The notes under the pieces: generated by a model
Databases searched by the model: none
What the model was told of the DNA's origin: nothing
What the model saw: the letters and a program-made list of their open reading frames with translations, nothing else
Assembly (NCBI GenBank): GCA_951406725.2
Contig: OX597833.1
Location: 69,006,001-69,070,000 of the forward strand
Source: Octopus vulgaris
Taxonomy: Eukaryota
Reading direction: 5' to 3'
Length of the DNA: 64,000 nt
In this document: in pieces, positions 54,996 through 64,000 of the stretch
Layout: every line of letters starts with the position of its first letter
Numbering within the stretch: position 1 is the first letter of the stretch
Translations under genes and position numbers: made by a program

Positions 54996-55016
54996 TGTGT
55001 GTATGTGTGTGTGTGT
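54600..55016. repeat. (TA)n-rich microsatellite block
   Basis: Direct reading. Confidence 0.95.
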
Positions 55017-56097
55017 GGCATGGAACTACACAGCACTTTGGTTTATATTCTTGTAAGTACTTACGTGTGTATAAGTGTTGCATGTGCGATTTACATTTTT
55101 GTACGTGCGTATTTTTCTGGTTCTGAAATACGGCCTGTAAAACAGACAAGAATACATGAAATACACATTTCGCATGGGGTAATAAATAGTTTATGTATAG
55201 ATTAGTTAGACCCTAGAATAAAAAAAAAAGAAATATTACGAAATGATAAGAAAAAATATAAAAATTCCTTCTTTCTATATGCTTTTCCTTCTCATTCGAT
55301 TTTTTAGTGTTTTCCATAACAAACAGAATGTAAAACTATACAAAAATATTTTTTACTAATTTATGGTATTTCGATAAGACAGCAGTGATTTACTATTCTC
55401 TCCTTCTCTATTTTTACAAAATGTAAATGCATTTTTCAGAATCCAGCTGATAACAGTGTATCTTTCCACAGTTTCAGAGTAAGCCATTTTTCTTATTCTT
55501 TTAAAGCTTTATGTAAAGTTTTCTCTTCTTTTTGAAAATGTCTTTTATTTTATACTTATCTACCATTTACATATTAAAAGATTTTCTCCTTTCTTTGTTT
55601 TTTTCTGTTCGAAATATTTCGTTGTTTTTCAAAGCATGTAACATCTCTTTTCACTGTTTTAGTAAACATAGATAAATATTTTCTTTAACGTAGGTTTGCC
55701 TATTACAATTTTACTTTATGACTTTACTTTGTAAAGTGGGGAAGAATGCTTGTTACGTAAGTAATCGACTGTTGCATAGCTGATTAAATTAACTATATGC
55801 AAACATATGATGAAATTCTCAAAGCATTTATTCTATCTGAGAAGAATTTAATATTAGAAACGTCAGGAATTTCAGTTTCCTCAAAAACTTTAATGTAATA
55901 CCTGCAGAGAATATTCGTCTAAACTAAGGCTATTAAATATCAGGTCAGAAGACATGGTCAATACTTAAACAGATAAAGCAGTAGGACAAATCTTGAAGGC
56001 GTATTCTCATGTTGGCGTCAGGTTCATAAATGCCGTGGAACATGAATATATGAATGGTTATTTGAGCTCAAAACTTAATACATACATATATGTTATA

Positions 56098-56492
56098 CTA
56101 GCAGTATCGCCCGGCGTTGCTCGCGTTTGTAAGCGAAATAACTATATAAGCATTTTTAGAGATGTAAAGCATAATAACTATCTCAATATGGCTAACCACA
56201 AAGGGGAGGGGGGTTACTGTAGCTTTTCACGTTCTGAGATTTAATAATAAATTTTTAGAGAGTTACTTCCCTTATATATGCCAAAAATGCATTAAAAATG
56301 GGAAAAATTGATGGTAATTTTTTTAAATCGTAGACTCATCGTAGACGCGCGCTAATACCCAGAAGGGCTCGATATGAATCACGACTATAAGATACTCGGT
56401 TTTGGTTAAACTGCACCGCAAAATGTGGGAGTAGTTAGGAATCTAAATCGTAGGAGACAGACAGCACACAACCTCTCTTTTATATTTAAAGA
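56098..56492 (-). mobile_element. Non-autonomous Helitron, related subfamily
   Basis: Same 3' hairpin + CTAG|T end as 13800; different 5' half starting A|TCtttaaatataaaag. Confidence 0.8.
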
Positions 56493-56616
56493 TATATTGA
56501 AATATTCCCACAAGTGGAACATTTATTCGTGGGTGGAAAGATATTGCTTATATCCCTTGCAAATTTCCAGGAGACAGAATTTTTTCTTTACATGGAAACA
56601 TTATTTTAATGTTCTA

Positions 56617-57038
56617 GGCGCAGGAGTGGCTGTGTGGTAAGTAGCTTGCTTACGAACCACATGGTTCCGGGTTCAGTCCCACTACATGGCACCGTGGGCA
56701 AGTGTCTTCTACTATACCCCCGGGCCGACCAAAGCCTTGTGAGTGGATTTCGTAGACGGAAACTGAAAGGAGCCCGTCGTACATATGTATTTATATTTAT
56801 ATATATGTATGTATGTGTTTGTATATGTTTGTGTTTGTCACCACAACATCGCTTGACAATCGATGGTGGGGTGTGTTTAAGTATCCGCAACTTCGCGGTT
56901 CGGCAAAACGAAACCGATAGAATAAGTACTAGGCTTGCAAAGAATAGGTCATGGGGTCGATTTGCTCGATTAAAGGCGGTGCTTCAGCATGGCCGCAGTC
57001 AAATGACTGAAACAAGTAAAAGAGTAAAAGAGCGAGAG
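56617..57038 (+). mobile_element. SINE family B, full length
   Basis: GGCGCAGGAGTGGCTGTGTGGTAAG head through aaaagagt tail. Confidence 0.92.
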
Positions 57039-57237
57039 AATAGCAACCAAAATTTGACAAAATCAGTGCAAATCTCGTTCAAACATAAATAATGAGTTTT
57101 GGTAAAATGTCATATTATATATAAATATACATACATATATATAGAAACACACACATATATATATAAATATACATATATATATATATATATACATATATAT
57201 ATACATATATATATACATATATACATATATGTATATA

Positions 57238-57273
<36 letters not shown>

Positions 57274-58253
57274 TACATATATATATATATATTTCTGGAG
57301 CTGTTATCAACTTTAAATTATTATATTCCTTGACATGTATGTATGTGCCGAGTGTGTGTGTGAGTGTGGTTTTGTGACTATATACACTCATACACACGCA
57401 CTCACACATATATAAATACACATATGTCTATGTATATGTATATGCTTACGTAAGTATATATTAACATGATGTTTATGTATATTTGATAACGTATATACAT
57501 ACATATATGTCCTTGCGCGCCTGTGTGTGTGCATGCATGCATGCATGCAAGCGTGTGTGTATGTGTGTACATGTGTGTGCGTGTCTCTCTGTGTACGATA
57601 AATTTCGATTCATTAATGAGTATGCCAATTAATTATTGATCAGAGTCAAAGCAAAAACGATGGCTTATCCCTTGTGATTATCTGCAGTATTTACCATAAT
57701 TAGCAAATAATTTGTTTTCTCAGATGAAATGCATAACGATGTGATTCTTCTTTTGTCTGTTATTCAAATGAGAAGGCCTTGCCGAGGATCCGTCACGGTC
57801 CCTTTGATATTCGACGACATAGGGAGAGTTGAAAGGGACCCTAAAATCCAAAATTTCGCTTGAATGCTTGTAATGCAGGGATCTCCGCTAAAACTATTCA
57901 CAGGTGGTGCCGTTAAACTGGTTGAAGTGTTAAATCTACAATCCGAGGACGGATACAAAAGCAGAGCACAGATGTCTTGAATAAACACTTCAAGACATCC
58001 GGTACGACGTTCTTACTGCTCTGTCGATCATCGGCCTTCAATTGATACAGTTTTATCGAAAATGAAAATGATGGAAAAGAAAGTTGACCTCAGTGAGAAT
58101 TGAACCCAGGTCGAAGAGGATTGGAAGAAAACCACGAAACATTGTGGAAGCCGTTTTCATGATTGCCAGCTCGCAGCCTATGTGATAATGTTTGGAGACA
58201 TATGTCTCTTGAAGCCAGAAGTACAGTTGCGATAATCATTATATGCTGAAAGT

Positions 58254-58615
58254 AAGGCGGCGAGCTGGAAGACTCGTTAGCACGCCGGGCGAAATGCTTA
58301 GCCGTGTTTCGTCTGCCTTTACGTTCCTAGTTCAAATTCCATCGAGGCCGACTTTGCCTTTCGGGGTCGTTAAACTAAGAACCAGTTGCATACTTGGGTC
58401 TAACCGTGGAATAAGCTGCCAGACGAGATGGTGAAGATGCCGTCGACCGCTCGGTTCAAAGTATCCCTTGACCTCAAGTGGCCTGAACTCTTTACATGAA
58501 CACCACCCTGTACATAACTCCATGTCCCCCTACATGGCCTTGCTTTTTGCTTTTTGAGCCAAAAAATTAACTAACTAACCGACTGGCCCCTCCCCTTGAG
58601 CCTAGAGTAGAAAAT
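58254..58615 (+). mobile_element. SINE family A interrupted by a LINE 3' end
   Basis: SINE 58254-58406, resumes 58575 gactggcccc. Confidence 0.85.
58407..58574 (+). mobile_element. CR1-group LINE extreme 3' fragment
   Basis: WNKLPDEMVKMPSTARFKVSLDLKW matches WN.LP..V....S...FK..LD; (TAAC)n tail; TSD ctaaccg. Confidence 0.8.
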
Positions 58616-58718
58616 ATTATGTAATGTGTGTGGATTTCTGTCGTACATTTTACTACATTGATATATATATATATATATATATTTACACACACATACACAC
58701 ACACACACACACACACAA

Positions 58719-58756
<38 letters not shown>

Positions 58757-58940
58757 TCTCTGCAAAGAATCCACTAACCTTTTTCTTAAGAGTGTATCAG
58801 CTATCGTTAAATGTTAATCCTTGAAATCATCGCTTTTACTCATATGGAGCTCGTCTCAACATTTAGTAATCGTGACATTTCCATTAGAGTGGAAAATATT
58901 TCTTTATACATGCTGAATTTGTGCTGTATGACATACCCAC

Positions 58941-58984
<44 letters not shown>

Positions 58985-58987
<3 letters not shown>

Positions 58988-59200
58988 TTAAACCAAACAA
59001 GAAAACGCAAATAAACACAACAACGCGAGGACGTGGAACAAATATAGTATTATTGGACGCTCAGGAAAGAAGCGAAGATGGAGGGTTTAACGTTTCGAGT
59101 GGAGCTCTTCGTCGGAAACATAGGAGAATGAAAGATCCCGAGAAGGGAAGACAGAGGAAACAAAATCGCCAACGGTACACACGAGGTCACATTTTGAAAG
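58985..59200 (-). mobile_element. Family H-related hammerhead-bearing repeat inside (TA)n
   Basis: gttt-CCGACGA-AGAG-ctcca-CTC-GAAA-CG-TT-aaac; shares cctgagcgt..ataatac downstream. Confidence 0.72.
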
Positions 59201-59238
59201 ACATATATATATATATATAGAGAGAGAGAGATACATTA

Positions 59239-59555
59239 GTGTTGTTGTTGTTGTGACCCCCCTTCGGTCATGAATGACCATGGGATTGCGCCTAGACAGT
59301 TACCCTCCGACGTACAAGTCTGGACAAGGTTGCTTATGAAACCAGCAGTCGGCCATGCATACCTAACTCCCCTCTCCACGTCACCAATGTTATCCAAGAG
59401 AAAGGCAAAGGGGCCGATACAGCTTGGCACCAGTGACGTCGCAGCTCATTTATTAACGCGCAAGTGGCTGAGCACTCCACAGACACGTGTACCCTTAACG
59501 TAGTTCTCGGGGCGATTCAGCGTGACACAGTGTGACAAGGCTGGCCCTTTGAAAT
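59239..59555 (-). mobile_element. Chimeric SINE 3' segments with (AAC)n tail
   Basis: (gtt)n at 59240; 59450-59555 homologous to 48574-48685. Confidence 0.6.
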
Positions 59556-59624
59556 ATATATATGTATCTGACTGTGAGTGTGTATGTATATATGTGCGAG
59601 TGTGTTTGTGTGTGTGTGTGTGTT

Positions 59625-59655
<31 letters not shown>

Positions 59656-60632
59656 AGATGTTTGGAGATTGTGGGGAGGAAACAAATCAGATGTTGATGA
59701 GATAGAGACAGAGAAAGAAAGAGAAAACGAAAAATAAAATTGTATCACCGTCAATTTGTTTGTTATCGTCTGCCATTTGGTTTCTCCGCAATGGCGTACG
59801 ATTTTATCCAGATTCACACAGTTTGCTTCTACAATGAAACGATCAACTGTTAACCCGGTTGTTACGTATCACAAGATTTTGATGAGTTCCTGTGTACCAC
59901 CTGATATGAGAGGGGGGAGAACGTGATGGAGAGAGTGAATAAGAGACGGAGAGAGTGAATAAGAGACTGAGAAAGTGAGAGGAAGAGAGAGAGAGAGAGA
60001 AAGAGAACTGGCAACTCAACCATTGATTATTATCCTTTCATATCTCATCTCAAATTTAATTATGAAGTGCTCTTAAATTACATTTCATTTAAATTTATGC
60101 ACTTTCATTCATGTTTACATTTTTTGTATAAATTTTTGAGTTTTTTTTTCTTTTTGAAATATTTCTCCTCTTTTATTTTTTCACTCCGTACAATCAACAG
60201 CAGAACCCCCCACCCCCCCACCCCGCTGCACCTCCACCTTCTAACCATCCAAACACATTGTAATGGATGTTTGGTGCTTTTCCTAATCAAAAAGTGTTTC
60301 ATTTTCGTTATATTTCATTTCTATTTGTTTTGTAAGAGAGAGAGAGGTACGGAATATCAATAAGTAGGCATTAACGATATTGAAAACAAAATCGTAAATC
60401 TATAAATATGAATAATGAAAGAGAGAGAGAGAAAAAAAACAAACAAAAAACATCATATGATATTTTTCCAAAATATAAAAATATAAGAGATTAATATTCG
60501 ATGAATATTCGAACTAAAAAAAAACACATAAATATATGACAAAATGAAATAAAAGTAAAATTCGTAAACACCTAACTGTATAGTTATATAATTATAATAA
60601 TTTAATTCCTTGTCACAAGAAATTCAACGCAA

Positions 60633-60747
<115 letters not shown>

Positions 60748-60783
60748 CACATATATTTATATGTTATACCTAAAAATATATAC

Positions 60784-60825
<42 letters not shown>

Positions 60826-61983
60826 GCACACCAAACAGCATATATATATATATGCACACACATACATTTCCATGCTTATATTTATATATGTATTTATCTA
60901 TTTGCTTATTTATACTCCAAAGGGCGTTTAGAATATATATCTAAGAGTTTGTTGAACGTAGGTATATTTGTTACGTGTGATCGTCTGTGCGTATGCAAAG
61001 TCTAAAAAGTGTGTATGTACTCCATTTACAATGACAATAAGTGCGTAAGGTTCTCGTGTATAAAATAAGTGTATGTACTAGTTGAAAACACATTGTTAAC
61101 GGTTTGTTTATAGTAATGTCAACGGAAAAAACACGAGCATTAATCATAGCTAAACAGACACATCAATACACTCAATAATATATACATACATATATAAATT
61201 AAAATCACAGCCAAAGGAAAATTTAGATTAGAATTCGTTATAATCGATATTCAATCGAGCCCTCCCGAAAATTGCATTTCATTTAAATATTTTAACGCTA
61301 GATATAAAGATCATTATATTCATAGGGATATATTAGAAACCTTGTAGGCTGACAACTAATGTTTGATAACTCTTCATTTGAAGCTTATATAGCACGCCCC
61401 AGTAACTTTCAACATTATAATTAGTGTATTTTACCATCTTGTTAAATATCTTTTATGACAAATGGTGTATTTATGATATATCGTAAAATTTGATGGCGAA
61501 GTACTTCAATTGGCTAAATGAAACCGCGAACGTTTACCAAAAGCTATTCACTCTGTCACACGAAACTGTACAAGAAACTGTACAAGTTCATATCCACGTA
61601 TGAACATGAACATGCATACGCACGAACACCGATACACCCCTACACTTACACATAGCTGTGTGTTTCTGTGTGTGTGTGTGGATGATTGTGCTTATATATC
61701 TGTTTGTGTAATTGTGTGGTTTGTGTGCGTGTGTGTCTTTGTATGTTATTTTTTTATGTCGATAAAAATGTGGAAGTCCAAGGGGATTCTGGAAGCGCTA
61801 ACAAATTTAGACAGATATCTGTGCAGTATTTGATGGGAGATATAAAAATTTCCTAATTATTTTTCTGCTATCATCATATACATACTCATATGTGCAAATT
61901 CACACGTGCATAAATTCATACAACACACACAAACACAAACACCTGTATTTGTATACATTTTTGTTGGACTAAAGATTTTATAA

Positions 61984-62330
61984 TACACAGGGGTGCTGAA
62001 AAGTTCCTGGCTTTATGTTAAAGAATATACAGTAGAATCAATTAATTTTGATTTTATTCCGCTCACTCTCCTCTCCGATTCACACACTTATTGCAACGGT
62101 CCTTCAGTGTTTATTTGCTCTGTAAAAAGAAGTCGGAATTTGGGCCTCCTGCCAGAGATCTTTAGCAGCGATCACTTCCGAATCGAAGTGAAATGTTTCT
62201 GCAGGTATTGAAAGAGAGGATAGTCGAAGGGGGCCAAGTCAGCAGGGTTAGGTGGCTTGTCTACCAATTCGAAGTGTGCTGGTGCATTTCTCTGCAAAAA
62301 CAGACGACAGGGCTCAGCTTCAAAGTCTCG
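61984..62330 (-). mobile_element. Mariner remnant with terminal repeat
   Basis: FELVDKPPNPADLAPFDYPLFQYLQKH resembles HPPYSPDLAPSDY.LF; TA|cacaggggtgctgaaaagttc end. Confidence 0.8.
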
Positions 62331-62487
62331 CACAGTTTCGACTAACTGATGACTGAAAGTAGTAAAATTTAAAAGATAAAAGATAAAGAATGATTTTGTC
62401 ACAATATAATTTATGTTTCAATGTATATATATATTTATTTATATGTACATATATACATCTATTATATATATATACATACACACACAT

Positions 62488-62534
<47 letters not shown>

Positions 62535-62536
<2 letters not shown>

Positions 62537-62736
62537 TACAACAGAAACAGGAAGAAACCGTGAGAGAAAGTTGTGAAAAAATACAGCAGGGTTCGCCACC
62601 AACCCCTGCCGGAGCCTCGTGGTGCTTTTAGGTGCTTTCGATCAATAAACACTCACAACGCCCGTTCTGAGAATCGAAACCGCGATCCTACGACCGCGAG
62701 TCCGCTGCTCTAATCACTGGGCCATTGCACCTCCAC
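62535..62736 (-). mobile_element. Family D-related SINE, 3'-truncated at (TA)n
   Basis: Minus GTGGAGGTGCAATGGCCCAGTG.TTAGAGCAGCGGACTCGCGG head. Confidence 0.85.
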
Positions 62737-63189
62737 TATTTCTTACGTAAAGAGGAAACATTATGTGATCTGCGCTAATTCAATATAACCGTCATGTTTG
62801 TCTCTATACTAAAACATCTCAAATGAATTCGAATTTCCAAGTGAGTTTCGTTTTAGCTATCATCTGGGGAATGTTATCAGCTGCTTAACAATGAAATTTC
62901 GATAAAGCCAAATCGAATTAATGGTACTTTACCGCTCCGCCTGGTTATTGATGGTTAACTTAATTGCAGATAACAATGTTGTTTGAATTCTTAAATATAT
63001 ATATTTTTTCGAAACAAGTGTAATGTACCTTGAAAGAGGAGAATATGTTATCTACAGCAAGGACTAAACAGTTTCATATGTTGATGTGTACGCATACATA
63101 TATGTGTGTGTGAGTATATATGTATATGTGTGTATATGTATGTGTGTGTGTATAGTATAAATTGATCTATGCACTTAACTGAAAGCATA

Positions 63190-63267
63190 TATATATATAC
63201 ATGCATACATGCACGCACGCATACAAACACACATATATAGACATATATATATGATTTTTATATATAT

Positions 63268-63306
<39 letters not shown>

Positions 63307-63391
63307 TATATATATATACAGATATATATATATATATATATACATATATGTATACATATATACATATGCATATATATCCACATATATATAT

Positions 63392-63428
<37 letters not shown>
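63190..63428. repeat. (TA)n-rich microsatellite block
   Basis: Direct reading. Confidence 0.95.
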
Positions 63429-63431
<3 letters not shown>

Positions 63432-63907
63432 TCAAACTACTACTTCAGTTCAAAGTTACAAATCAGGATTATAATCCATCTGTGAATCTGATGATACACA
63501 AACGTACATGCACAAATAGATGCAATCATACACACACGCACATGCAGACATACACTTACCTTCAGGCCTACCCCATTAACTGGCACTGATTTCCAATCAA
63601 GGTAACTCCTGAAATGCTCCTACGTTGCCTTTCGCTCCCGGTCATCGGTGCAAACTAAAGCGGTCAAATAAGAACATTAGTTCTTACGACAAGAAACGCA
63701 CGATCTGAGTATTACGTTGCGAGCCGACAATTACATTCCAAGAAGACGTAAAATAAGCGAAGTGTTTGAATATTTGTTTGGCCAATTACACATACACACT
63801 TAACCTATTCAGAAATTGATTTAGTATCGCTGAGATTATTAATATTTTGGAATGCCTATTTGTTGCTTAGACTTCAAAAGTATAGAACTATTCATATTAA
63901 GTTTAGC

Positions 63908-64000
63908 TGCGAAATGCTTAGCGATATTTCGTCTGTCTTTACGTTCTAAGTTCAAATTCCGTCGAAGTCGACTTTGCCTTTCGTACTTTCGGGGTCGATG
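63908..64000 (+). mobile_element. SINE family A, cut by window end
   Basis: gcgaaatgcttagc...gttcaaattcc...gactttgccttt...ggggtcgat. Confidence 0.88.

Noticed and set aside
56634-57092. 152-aa ORF (and similar ORFs at 30237, 14426)
   Set aside because: Chance frames through SINE sequence.
57795-57845. miR-133-like sequence (minus ggtccctttcaac)
   Set aside because: Seed and 3' half differ from miR-133, and the stem is too short for a pre-miRNA.
62346-62365. CTGATGA-CT-GAAA
   Set aside because: No room for stem II and no convincing stem I.

Overview
Very AT-rich eukaryotic non-coding DNA saturated with (TA)n/(CA)n microsatellites and tRNA-derived SINEs. The repeat landscape suggests a cephalopod (Octopus-like) genome; this is inference. 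I found no intact host gene, rRNA, true tRNA or CRISPR array, and nearly all listed ORFs are microsatellite or SINE artefacts. Supportable content: at least four SINE families (my labels A-D), three non-autonomous Helitrons, RTE, CR1-group, mariner and Mutator-like remnants, a CpG-rich foldback MITE, a ~600-nt hairpin element and a piggyBac-like segment with a decayed orphan ORF. The most notable signal is about 15 minimal type-I hammerhead-ribozyme-like motifs from several unrelated short repeat families, mostly beside (TA)n tracts and in Penelope-like inverted arrangements. One family shows stem covariation, and one motif appears linked to a tRNA-like head. All coordinates were read by eye and may be off by a few bases.
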